A stretch of DNA of 64,000 nucleotides from Eledone cirrhosa (Eukaryota), in assembly GCA_964016885.1 (NCBI GenBank), contig OZ024744.1:122946001-123010000 (forward strand). The letters are read 5' to 3'. Below, piece after piece: positions 45,798-57,022 of the stretch (positions are counted from its first letter, which is position 1; the number at the start of each line of letters is the position of its first letter). A program made the position numbers and the translations under genes. The notes under the pieces are model-generated. The model saw nothing but the letters and a program-made list of their open reading frames with translations, made no database searches and was not told the DNA's origin.

Positions 45798-48700
45798 CAT
45801 AGACAGTGTGTTTCATTAGAAATATGGTAATTTATGGGTTAATGGCATAGACAATGTCTTTTATTGAAAAATATGGTAATGAAAGGGTTAATGACATAGA
45901 CAGTGTCTTTCATTAAAATATGGCAATGAAAGGGTTAATGTTATAGACAGTGTCTTTCATTAGAAATATGGTAATGAATGGGTTAATGACATAGACAGTG
46001 TCTATCATTAGAAATATGGTAATGAAAGGATTAATGGCACAGAGCGTGTTTTTCAATAGATATATGGTAATGACATTTTTAATGACATAGACCCTGTCTT
46101 TCATTAGAAATATGGTAATGAAAGGGTTAATGACATAGACAGTGTCTTTCATTAGAAATATGGTAATGAAAGGGTTAATGACATAGTCAGTGTCTTTCAT
46201 TAGAATATGGTAATGAAAGGGTTAATGACATAGACAGTGTCTTTCATTAGACATGTGGTAATGAAAGGGATAATGACATAGTCAGTGTCTTTCATTAGAA
46301 TATGGTAATGAAAGGGTTAATGACATAGACAGTGTCTTTTATTAGAAATATGGTAATGAAAGGGTTAATGTCATAGACAGTGTATTTCATTAGATTATGG
46401 TAATGAAATGTTTAATGACATAGACCGTGTCTTTCATTACAAATATGGTAATGAAAGGGTTAATGACATGGACAGTGTCTTTCATTACAAATATGGTAAT
46501 GAAATGGTTAATGACATAGACAGTGTCTTTCATTAGAAATATTGTAATGAAATCTTTAATGACATAGACTTTGTCTATTATTAGAATATGGTAATGAAAG
46601 GGTCAATGACATAGACAGTGTCTTTCATTAGACATATGGTAATGAAAGGGATAATGACATAGACAGTGTCTTTTATTAGAAATATGATAATGAAAGGGTT
46701 AATGTCATAGACAGTGTATTTCATTAGATTATGGTAATGAAATGTTTAATGACATAGACCGTGTCTTTCATTACAAATATGGTAATGAAAGGGTTAATGA
46801 CATAGACAGTGTCTTTCATTAGAAATATGGTAATGAAAGGATTAATGTCATAGACAGTGTCTTTCATTAGAATATGGTAATGAAAGGGTTAATGACATAG
46901 ACAGTGTCTTTCATTAGACATATGGTAATGAAAGGGTTTTACACACAGACAGTGTTTTACATTAGAAATATGGTAATGAATGGGTTAATGACATAGACAG
47001 TGTCTTTCATTGGAAATATGTCAATGAAAAGGTTAATGACATAGATAGTGTCTTTCAGTAGAAATATTGTAATGAAAGGGTTAATGACATAGACAGTGTC
47101 TTTCATTAGAAATATGGTAATGAAAGGGTTAATGACATAGACAGTGTCTTTCATTAGAAATATGTTAATTAAAGGGTTAATGATATAGACAGTGTATTTC
47201 ATTAAAAAGATGTTAATGAGAGGGTTAATGACATAGAGAGTGTCTTTCATTAAAAATATGATAATGAAAGGGTTAATGATATAGAGAACATCTTTCATTA
47301 AAAATATGGTAATGAAAGGGTTAATGACATAGACAGTGTCTTTCATTAGAATATGGTAATCAAAGTTTTAATGACATAGACAGTGTCTTTCATTAGAAAT
47401 ATTGTAATGAAATCTTTAATGACATAGACTTTGTCTATTATTAGAATATGTTAATGAAAGGTTCAATGACATAGACAGTGTCTTTCATTGGAAATATGTC
47501 AATGAAAGGGTTAATGACATAGACAGTGTCTTTCATTAGAAATATTGTAATGAAAGGGTTAATGACATAGACAGTGTCTTTCATTAGAAATATGGTAATG
47601 AAAGGGTTAATGGCACAGAGCGTGTTTTTTATTAGAAATATGGTAATGAAATTTTTAATGATGTAGACAGTGTCTTTCATTAGAAATATGGTAGTGAAAG
47701 GGTTAAATGACAGTGTCTTTCATTAGAAATATGATAATTTAGATTTTAATGACATAGACAGTGTCTTTCATTAGAAATATGATAATTAAAGAGTTAATGA
47801 CATAGACAGTGTATTTCATTAGAAAGATGTTAATGAGAGGGTTAATGACATAGAGAGTGTCTTTCATTAAAAATATGATAATGAAAGGGTTAATGATATA
47901 GAGAACATCTTTCATTAAAAATATGGTAATGAAAGGGTTAATGACATAGACAATGTCTATCATTAGAATATGGTAATGAAAGGTTTAATGACATAGACAG
48001 TGTCTTTCATTAGAAATATTGTAATGAAATCTTTAATGACATAGACTTTGTCTATTATTAGAATATGGTAATGAAAGGGTTAATGACATAGACAGTGTCT
48101 TTCATTAGAAATATGGTAATGAAAGGGTTAATGTCATAGACAGTGTCTTTCATTAGAATATGGTAATGAAAGGGTTAATGACATAGACAGTGTCTTTCAT
48201 TAGACATATGGTAATGAAAGGGTTATACACACAGACGGTGTTTTACATTAGAAATATGGTAATGAATGGGTTAATGACATAGACAGTGTCTTTCATTGGA
48301 AATATGTCAATGAAAAGGTTAATGACATAGATAGTGTCTTTCATTAGAAATATTGTAATGAAAGGGTTAATGACATAGACAGTGTCTTTCATTAGAAATA
48401 TGGTAATGAAAGGGTTAATGACATAGACAGTGTCTTTCATTAGAAATATGTTAATTAAAGGGTTAATGACATAGACAGTGTCTTTCATTAGAAATATGGT
48501 GATAAAAGGATTATTGACACAGACTGTGTCTTTCATTAGAAATATGGTAATGAAAGGGTTAATGACATAGACAGTGTCTTTCATTAGAAATATGGTAATG
48601 AAAGGGTTAATGACATAGTCAGTGTCTTTCATTTGACATATGGTAATGAAAGGGATAATGACATAGACAGTGTCTTTTATTAGAAATATGGTAATGAAAG

Positions 48701-49536
48701 GGTTAATGTCATAGACAGTGTATTTCATTAGATTATGGTAATGAAATGTTTAATGACATAGACTGTGTCTTTCATTACAAATATGGTAATGAAAGGGTTA
48801 ATGACATAGACAGTGTCTTTCATTACAAATATGGTAATGAAATGGTTAATGACATAGACAGTGTCTTTCATTAAAAATATTGTAATGAAATCTTTAATGA
48901 CATAGACTTTGTCTATTATTAGAATATGTCAATGAAAGTTTAATGACATAGACAGTGTCTTTCATTGGAAATAAGGTAATGAAAGGGCTAATGGCACAAA
49001 GCGTGTTTTTTATTAGAAATATGGTAATGAAATTTTTAATGACGTAGACAATGTCTTTCATGAGAAATATGGTAATGAAAGGGTTAATGGCATAAACAGA
49101 GTCTTTCATTAGAAATATGGTAATGAAAGGGTTAATGGCATAGACAGTGTCCTTCATTAGAATTATGGTAATCATAGGGTTAATGGCATAGACAGTGTCC
49201 TTCATTAGAATTATGGTAATGAAAGGGTTAATGACATAGACAGTGTCTTTCATTAGAAATATGGTAATGAAAGGGTTAATGACATAGACAGTGTCTTTCA
49301 TGTGAAAAATGGAAAGGAAAGGGTTAATGTCATAGACAGTGTCTTTCAATAGATATATGGTATTGAAAGGGTTAATGGCATAGACAGTGTCTTTCATTAG
49401 AAATATGGTAATGAAATTTTTAATGATGTAGACAGTGTCTTTCATTAGAAATATGCTAATGACAGAGTTAATGACATAGGCAGTGTCTTTCATTAGATAT
49501 ATGGTAATGAAAGGGTTAATGACGGAGACATATATT

Positions 49537-49909
49537 TAATGAAAGACACTGTCTTTGTCATTAACCCTTTCATTACCATATTTCTAATGAAAGACACTGT
49601 CCATGACTTTAACGCTTTCATTACCATATATCTAATGAAAGACACTGTCTATGTCTTTAACCCTTTCATTACCATATTTGTAATGTAACCATTTCATTAC
49701 CATATTTAACCATTCCATTACCATATTTCTAATGAAAGACACTGTCTATGCCATTAACCCTTTCATTACCATATTTTTAATGAACGATGTTGTCTATATC
49801 ATTAACCCTTTCATTATCATATTTCTAATGAAAGAAACTGTCTACGTCATTAAAAATTTCATTACCATATTTCTAATGAAAAACACACTCTGTGCCATTA
49901 ATCCTTTCA
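49537..49909 (-). repeat. Inverted satellite island 9
   Basis: Reverse-complement monomers, same junctions. Confidence 0.95.
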
Positions 49910-51543
49910 CACAGACAGTGTGTTTCATTAGAAATATGGTAATTTATGGGTTAATGGCATAACCAGTGTCTTTAATTTGAAATATGGTAATGAAAGGGTT
50001 AATGACATAGGCAGTGTCTTTCATTAGAAATATGGTAATAAATGGTTTATGACATAGACAGTGTCTTTCATTAGAAATATGATAATTAAAGGGTTAATGA
50101 CATAGACAGTGTATTTCATTAGAAAGATGTTAATGAGAGGGTTAATGACATAGAGAGTGTCTTTCATTAAAAATATCATAATGAAAGGGTTAATGATATA
50201 GAGAACATCTTTCATTAAAAATATGGTAATGAAAGGTTTAATGACATAGACAGTGTCTTTCATTAGAATATGGTAATGAAAGGTTTAATGACATAGACAG
50301 TGTCTTTCATTAGAAATATGGTAATGAAAGGGTTAATGGTATAAACAGTGTCTTTCATTAGAAATATGGTGATAAAAGGATTAATCACACAGACAGTGTC
50401 TTTCATTAGAAATATGGTAATGAAAGGGTTAATGACATAGACAGTGTCTTTCATTAGAAATATGGTAATGAAAGGGTTAATGACATAGACAGCGTCTTTC
50501 ATTAGAAATATGGTAATGAAAGGGTTAATGACATAGTCAGTGTCTTTCATTAGAATATGGTAATGAAAGGGTTAATGACATAGTGTCTTTCATTAGACAT
50601 ATGGTAATGAAAGGTATAATGACATAGACTGTGTCTTTTATTAGAAATATGGTAATGAAAGGGTTAATGTCATAGACAGTGTATTTCATTAGATTATGGT
50701 AATGAAATGTTTAATGACATAGACCGTGTCTTTCATTACAAATATGGTAATGAAAGGGTTAATGATATAGAGAACATCTTTCATTAGAAATATGGTAATG
50801 AAAGGGTTAATGTCATAGACAGTGTATTTCATTAGAAATATGTTAATAAAAGGGTTAATGACATAGACAGTGTCTTTCATTAGTAATATGTCAATGAAAG
50901 GGTTAATGACATAGACAGTGTCTTTCATTGGAAATAAGGTAATGAAAGGGCTAATGGCACAGAGCTTGTTTTTTATTAGAAATATGGTAATGAAATTTTT
51001 AATGACGTAGACAATGTCTTTCATGAGAAATATGGTAATGAAAGGGTTAATGGCATAAACAGAGTCTTTCATTAGAAATATGGTAATGAAAGGGTTAATG
51101 GCATAGACAGTGTCCTTCATTAGAATTATGGCAATGATAGGGTTAATGGCATAGACAGTGTCCTTCATTAGAAATATGGCAATGAAAGGGTTAATGACAT
51201 AGACAGTGTCTTTCATTAGAAATATGGTAATGAAAGGGTTAATGACATAGACAGTGTCTTTCATGTGAAAAATGGAAAGGAAAGGGTTAATGTCATAGAC
51301 AGTGTCTTTCAATAGATATATGGTATTGAAAGGGTTAATGGCATAGACAGTGTCTTTCATTAGAAATATGGTAATGAAATTTTTAATGATGTAGACAGTG
51401 TCTTTCATTAGAAATATGCTAATGACAGAGTTAATGACATAGGCAGTGTCTTTCATTAGATATATGGTAATGAAAGGGTTGATGACAGACTGCCTTTGAT
51501 TAGAAATATAGTAATGAAAGGGTTAATGACGGAGACATATATT

Positions 51544-51964
51544 TAATGAAAGACACTGTCTATATCATTAACCCTTTCATTACCATATTTCTAATGAAAG
51601 ACACTGTCCATGACTTTAACCCTTTCATTACCATATATCTAATGAAAGACACTGTCTATGTTTTTAACCCTTTCATTACCATATTTGTAATGTAACCATT
51701 TCATTACCATATTTAACCATTCCATTACCATATTTCTAATGAAAGACACTGTCTATGTCTTTAACCCTTTCATTACCATATTTCTAATGAAAGATACTGT
51801 CTATGCCATTAACCCTTTCATTACCATATTTTTAATGAACGATGTTGTCTATATCATAAACTCTTTCATTATCATATTTCTAATGAAAGACACTGTCTAC
51901 ATCATTAAAAATTTCATTACCATATTTCTAATGAAAAACACGCTCTGTGCCATTAATCCTTTCA
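51544..51964 (-). repeat. Inverted satellite island 10
   Basis: Reverse-complement monomers, same junction pattern. Confidence 0.95.
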
Positions 51965-52280
51965 CATAGACAGTGTGTTTCATTAGAAATATGGTAATGA
52001 AAGGGTTAATGACATAGACAGTGTCTTACATTAGAAATATGATAATGAAAGGGTTAATGACATAGACAGTGTCTTACATTAGAAATATGATAATGAAAGG
52101 GTTAATGATATAGACAGTGTCTTACATTAGAAATATGGTAATGAAAGGTTTAATGACATAGACAGTGTCTTTCATTAGAAATATGGTAATGAAAGGGTTA
52201 ATGTCATAGACAGTGTCTTTCATTAGAAATATGGTAATGAAAGGGTTAATGGCATAGACAGTGTCTTTCACTAGAAATAT

Positions 52281-52700
52281 GGTAGTGAAAGGATTAATGA
52301 CATAGACAGTGTCTTTCATTAGAAATATGGTAATGAAACGGTTAATGACATAGACAGTGTCTTTCATTAGAAATATGGTAATGAAGGGTTAATGGCATAG
52401 ACAGTGTATTTCATTAGAAATATGGTAGTGAAAGGATTAATGACATAGACAGTGTCTTTCATTAGAAATATGGTAATGAAACGGTTAATGACATAGACAG
52501 TGTCTTTCATTAGAAATATGGTAATGAAGGGTTAATGGCATAGACAGTGTATTTCATTAGAAATATGGTAGTGAAAGGATTAATGACATAGACAGTGTCT
52601 TTCATTAGAAATATGGTAATGAAACGGTTAATGACATAGACAGTGTCTTTCATTAGAAATATGGTAATGAAGGGTTAATGACATAGACAGTGTCTTTCAT
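52281..52700. repeat. 143-bp trimeric higher-order repeat (48+48+47) x3
   Basis: GGTAGTGAAAGGATT marker at 52281, 52424 and 52567, each followed by an AAACGGTT monomer and a 47-bp GAAGGGTT monomer. Confidence 0.85.
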
Positions 52701-53215
52701 TAGAAATATGATAATGAAGATTTTAATGACATAGACATTGTCTTTCATCAGTATATGATAATTAAAGGGTTAATGACATAGAGAGTGTTTATCATTAGAA
52801 ATATGGTAATGAAAGGGTTAATGACATAAACAGTGTCTTTTATTAGAAATATGGTAATGAAAGGGTTAATGACATAGACAGTGTCTTTCATTAGAAATAT
52901 GGTAATGAAAGGGTTAATGACATAGACAGTGTCTTTCATTAGAAATATGGTAATGAAAGGGTTAAAGACATAGACAGTGTCTTTCATTAGAAATATTGTA
53001 ATGAAATCTTTAATGACGTAGACAGTGTCTTTCATTAGAAATATGGTTATGAAAGGGTTAATGACATAGAGAGTGTTTTTCATTAGAAATATGGTTATGA
53101 AAGGGTTAATGACATAGAGAGTGTTTTTCATTAGAAATACGGTTATGAAAGGGTTAATGACATAGACAGTGTCTTTCATTAAAAATATGGTAATGAAAGG
53201 CTTCATGACATAGAC

Positions 53216-53232
53216 AAAAAAAAAAAAAAAAA
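53216..53232 (+). repeat. A17 homopolymer at the satellite/LINE 5' junction
   Basis: ...CATAGAC followed by 17 A, then TTTTCCTGG. Confidence 0.9.
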
Positions 53233-53699
53233 TTTTCCTGGATTCATAAAAATAGATTCTCTCGCCCATCAAAATCGCTATTACTCCCACTCTCTCTAAC
53301 ATATACGTCCCTCTCACTCTCTCACTCCCTAATATAAATAAGAATGTTACGAAGGACAAAACCTCAGAATTTGTCAACTCTTATTAAATGGTCAGTCGAT
53401 TCTACGAAAATGTAATGTATTATAGAACATTTTCTTCTTGTCTCCTTAAAACCTGGTTCATTCATCCATATATATCTACAATCGTTGCTATCCTTGTCCT
53501 AAATTAATCTTCTCCACGCTTGTTCTAAATAATCTTCTCTTTGCTAACTACCCCATATCCCACCATCCCGCCCCCACTCTCCACCTTTACTATTTGGACC
53601 AATCACAAGTCAACGGCCTATGCTATCACTTCTGGCTGCTTTTTGATATGATGGATGGACTAAGGAATTTCTGGAGAGTCTGAAGAATCTGGACACTCG

Positions 53700-55406
53700 A
53701 TGACAATGCCAAAGATAACGACAAATTCACCTCATGCTGCCGGACGAAAGGGCAAGGTCCCCCCCTCTTTGTTTCGGCCGCGGATGGCCAACATAACCTC
53801 AAACTCATTCCTCTCACCCCTCCCCGCGCCCCATCCTCCAAACACAATCCAAAACTTCAGAGTTGGTACCATGAATATAGGCACCTTAAAAGGCCGCTCT
53901 AACGAGGTTGTAGAATTGCTTGAACGTAAGGAGGTTGATGTTTGCTGTATCCAAGAGACCAGGTGGAGGGGCGGGTCTGCTAGATTCATTGTGGGTAAAA
54001 AACGTTGCTATAAGCTTTTCTGGGTGGGGAATGACAATGGGATAGGTGGGGTAGGAATCATGTTAGCAGAAAAAGGGGTGGATAAGATAATAGATGTAAA
54101 TAGAGTGAATGACAGAATAATTAAAATAAGACTTGTTCTAAACAGAACTACTGTGACAGTAATATCTGCATACGCGCCCCAATCCGGACTGCCTGGCGCT
54201 ATAAAAGACAGATTCTATGAGACACTGATGCTCACTACCTCCCAAATAACCGACAGTGACTATATAATTATTGCTGGCGACCTAAATGGCCACGTTAGAC
54301 AACATTGTGACGGCTATGACGGAATCCACGGAGGCTATGGGTTTGGTACTAGAAACGAGGAAGGCTCCAGAATCCTGGAATTCTGTGACGCAAATAACCT
54401 AACTATCTGTAACACTAACTTCAAAAAACGAGACAATCACTTGATCACCTACAGATCAGGGGAACAGACCAGCCAGGTAGATTATATCCTTACCAGACGA
54501 CGTGACAGAGTGTCTGTTGTAAATACTAAATCCCTCCCCCATGAAGAATGCACCTCCCAACATAGACTGATAATTAGCGACCTCATAGTCAGGACGAGAC
54601 GTACTAGACAGCAGAAGAGGACTATCCTCAGGAGAAAAATATGGAAGCTAAAGGATCCCACAGCCAGAAATAAATTTCAAAGCATATTACTTGATGCTTT
54701 CGACAGTAAGGAAGAGCAATTAGAGTCGTACAAGGTAGAGGAACAGTGGGAATTCCTGAAAGCAAACCTGTTGATGGCGGCAGAAGAAGTCTGTGGCTGG
54801 AGCAGGCCTGTAGGCAGCAGGAGAGTAACATGGTGGTGGAACAGTAAGGTGGAGGGGTCAATCAACGCCAAAAAGCAGGCTTGGAAAGCATGGCGGGATG
54901 GGGGAAGTAGAGAAGACTATCAAGTGGCCAGGAGGGAAGCTAGGAGACAAGTGTACTTCGCAAGAATGGAAGCAGAGGAAAGAAAGTTCAAGCATGTTCT
55001 ACAACGCGAGAACCAAAAACGTGAGGTGTTCAGGATTGCTAGGCAATGTGTCAAGGAAAACCGTGATATTGTCGGGGAGAAGTGTGTACTTAATGATGAT
55101 GGTGTACTTGCCATCACTAACGCTGATAAGAAGGTAGCTTGGAAGTGTCACTATGAAAGGCTACTAAATGAGGAGAATAAATGGGAGAAAGACAGTCTCA
55201 CCCACATCGACCCAATAGAGGGACCAGCAGTGTTAGTCGAAGGTAGTATAATAAGTAAGGCAATCAAAGATATGAAGACGGGTAAGGCGGCTGGGCCTTC
55301 GGAAATAGTTGCTGAGATGCTGAAAGCCTCTGGAACGGTGGGACACACCATGGTCACCCGGATAGTAAACCAAGTCATACAGAATGGGGTTGTTCCGAAG
55401 GACTGA
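53700..55406 (+). CDS. N-terminal part of the LINE ORF: apurinic-like (APE/EEP) endonuclease plus linker and RT N-terminal extension
   Basis: Motifs GTMN, CCIQETRW, SAYAPQ, GDLNGH, VDYIL and SQHRLI, then TWWWN and GKAAGP as in RTE-type ORFs. Confidence 0.85.
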   Translation: MTMPKITTNSPHAAGRKGKVPPSLFRPRMANITSNSFLSPLPAPHPPNTIQNFRVGTMNIGTLKGRSNEVVELLERKEVDVCCIQETRWRGGSARFIVGKKRCYKLFWVGNDNGIGGVGIMLAEKGVDKIIDVNRVNDRIIKIRLVLNRTTVTVISAYAPQSGLPGAIKDRFYETLMLTTSQITDSDYIIIAGDLNGHVRQHCDGYDGIHGGYGFGTRNEEGSRILEFCDANNLTICNTNFKKRDNHLITYRSGEQTSQVDYILTRRRDRVSVVNTKSLPHEECTSQHRLIISDLIVRTRRTRQQKRTILRRKIWKLKDPTARNKFQSILLDAFDSKEEQLESYKVEEQWEFLKANLLMAAEEVCGWSRPVGSRRVTWWWNSKVEGSINAKKQAWKAWRDGGSREDYQVARREARRQVYFARMEAEERKFKHVLQRENQKREVFRIARQCVKENRDIVGEKCVLNDDGVLAITNADKKVAWKCHYERLLNEENKWEKDSLTHIDPIEGPAVLVEGSIISKAIKDMKTGKAAGPSEIVAEMLKASGTVGHTMVTRIVNQVIQNGVVPKD

Positions 55407-55496
55407 CGTAGCAGCATCATCATTAACTGTTACAAGGGTAAAGGAGACGCCCTAGATAGGAGTAACTATAGAGGCATTAAATTAATCGACCAGGTC

Positions 55497-56891
55497 ATGA
55501 AGGTCACGGAAAAAGTAATAGTGCAACTAATCAGAGAGAGAATTGATCTAGATGAAATGCAATTCGGGTTTGTGTCAGGAAAAAGTACCACAGACGCTCT
55601 TTTCATTGTACGACAACTACAGGAGAAGTACCTAGCTAAAAGTAAACCCCTATACTTAGCTTTTGTCGACTTGGAGAAAGCCTTCGACAGAGTCCCCCGT
55701 TCCATTATCTGGTGGGCTCTTAGAAAACTAGGTGTTGACGAATGGCTTGTGAGAGCTATACAAGCCATGTATAAAGAAACAGTCAGCAAGGTTAGAATTA
55801 ACAACGAATATAGTGAAGAATTTAGCGTAAAAGTTGGTGTCCATCAGGGCTCTGTTATTAGACCCCTACTATTTATTATTGCCTTTCAGGCTATAACAGA
55901 GGAGTTCAAGACCGGCTGCCCATGGGAACTCCTATACACAGATGATCTAACGCTCATAGCTGAATCAATGGCCGAGCTAGAGAAGAAATTCCAAACATGG
56001 AAGCACGGCCTAGAATCAAAAGGCCTTAAAATTAACCTGGCTAAGACTAAAGTTCTAGTTTGTAGGAAAGAAAATAAGGTGCCAGTCCCTTCCGGGAAAT
56101 GGCCCTGCTCAGTGTGTAAGAAAGGCGTAGGTAGAAACTCAATTTTATGTCCCAAATGCAAAGTATGGGTGCATAAAAGATGTAGTGGGATCACAGGTAA
56201 GCTAACTAAGAACACAGATTTTACATGTGGCCGGTGCTCTGGTGCAATAAGTAGCAGCAAGTGGCCACAAAATACTAGCTCTTTCAATTGCGTAGAGGGT
56301 TCTATAGAAATAGTGGACAGCTTCCGTTACCTGGGTGACAAAATCAGCAGTGGGGGAGGTTGCTCTGAAAGTACCGTTGCTAGAGTCAGAACTGGATGGA
56401 AAAAGTTCAGAGAGCTTATACCACTATTAGCCGCTAAAGGGTTCTCCCTAAAAATGAAAGGCAGGCTGTATGATGACTGCATACGAACAGCAATGTTGCA
56501 TGGCAGTGAGACCTGGGCATTGTGTGCAGAGGATATATGCAGACTAGAGAGGAACGAAGCTTGCATGCTCCGCTGGATGTGTAATAGTAATATACGTGAA
56601 CGGCAAAGCATAAACGAACTAAGGAAAAAATTAGAAATAAGAGGGATCAGATGTTGTTTACTCGAGAGAAGGCTACTTTGGTATGGTCACGTGATGCGCA
56701 TGAAAGACGACAGCTGTATAACAAAGTGCAGGGCGATAAATATAGATGGTAGCCACGGAGTAGGCAGACCCAGAAAAACCTGGGACGAGCTGATAAATTC
56801 CGACCTCACACACTTACACCTCTCCAAGACAATGTCACTGGACCGAGACCTTTGGCGGTACTCAGTAATAGAGAAGACCCGCCTTACCTAA
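55497..56891 (+). CDS. C-terminal part of the LINE ORF: non-LTR reverse transcriptase
   Basis: Motifs MQFGF, STTDA, FVDLEKAFDRV, GVHQGSV-x-x-PLLF, LYTDD (55935-55946 for YTDD), GLKINLAKTK, FRYLG, HGSETW, WYGHV and GRPRKTW. Confidence 0.9.
   Translation: MKVTEKVIVQLIRERIDLDEMQFGFVSGKSTTDALFIVRQLQEKYLAKSKPLYLAFVDLEKAFDRVPRSIIWWALRKLGVDEWLVRAIQAMYKETVSKVRINNEYSEEFSVKVGVHQGSVIRPLLFIIAFQAITEEFKTGCPWELLYTDDLTLIAESMAELEKKFQTWKHGLESKGLKINLAKTKVLVCRKENKVPVPSGKWPCSVCKKGVGRNSILCPKCKVWVHKRCSGITGKLTKNTDFTCGRCSGAISSSKWPQNTSSFNCVEGSIEIVDSFRYLGDKISSGGGCSESTVARVRTGWKKFRELIPLLAAKGFSLKMKGRLYDDCIRTAMLHGSETWALCAEDICRLERNEACMLRWMCNSNIRERQSINELRKKLEIRGIRCCLLERRLLWYGHVMRMKDDSCITKCRAINIDGSHGVGRPRKTWDELINSDLTHLHLSKTMSLDRDLWRYSVIEKTRLT
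56106..56237 (+). other. C4HC3 PHD-type zinc finger embedded in the RT
   Basis: CSVC-x10-CPKC-x4-HKRC-x14-CGRC, with W two residues before the His and F two residues before the last CxxC. It lies between the GLKINLAKTK and FRYLG motifs. Confidence 0.8.
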
Positions 56892-57022
56892 ATACAAAGT
56901 AAAACCTACTACAGTCAGTAGGCATCTCTAACAAAATACCCCCCCCCCCCACCCTATCCACACCGCCCCTTTCAATGTAAAGTTATGTTGGTGCTACAAC
57001 ATCCAGGCTGAAACAAATGAGA

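Larger units (their letters stand above)
41800..47650. repeat. 2919-bp tandem higher-order duplication containing inverted islands 7 and 8 (boundaries approximate)
   Basis: ORF pairs 42653/45572, 42994/45913 and 44038/46957 are identical. One visible difference is TCAAAGGTTT vs TCAAAGTTTT. Confidence 0.88.
1..53216. repeat. 48-bp AT-rich satellite array, main block (~1100 monomers by length; runs off the left edge)
   Basis: Continuous tandem copies of AGAAATATGGTAATGAAAGGGTTAATGACATAGACAGTGTCTTTCATT with point variants and occasional shortened monomers. The 16-aa periodicity of the minus-strand ORFs confirms the 48-nt period. Confidence 0.98.
53700..56891 (+). pseudogene. RTE LINE endonuclease/reverse transcriptase ORF (1063 codons) with one in-frame nonsense codon
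   Basis: ORFs 53700-55406 and 55497-56891 are in the same frame. The gap reads PKD*RSSIIINCYKGKGDALDRSNYRGIKLIDQVMK, the conserved P-x-x-W...YKGKG...NYRGI start of the non-LTR RT, with TGA (55404-55406) at the Trp position. Confidence 0.92.

Noticed and set aside
22508-51964. Inverted islands as MITE/foldback transposon insertions
   Set aside because: They consist only of satellite sequence, have no TSDs, and share flanking variant monomers, so they were copied with their flanks rather than inserted independently.
1-53216. CRISPR-like array (palindromic short repeats)
   Set aside because: Monomers are head-to-tail with no unique spacers, there are no cas genes, and the context is eukaryotic.
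52748-53377. 209-aa minus-strand ORF fusing the LINE leader to satellite
   Set aside because: Chance read-through across the A17 run into the stop-free satellite frame, with no recognisable domain.
56905-56950. CCTACT/AGTAGG hairpin and C12 run after the LINE stop codon
   Set aside because: A 6-bp stem and a homopolymer are not enough to assign a function.
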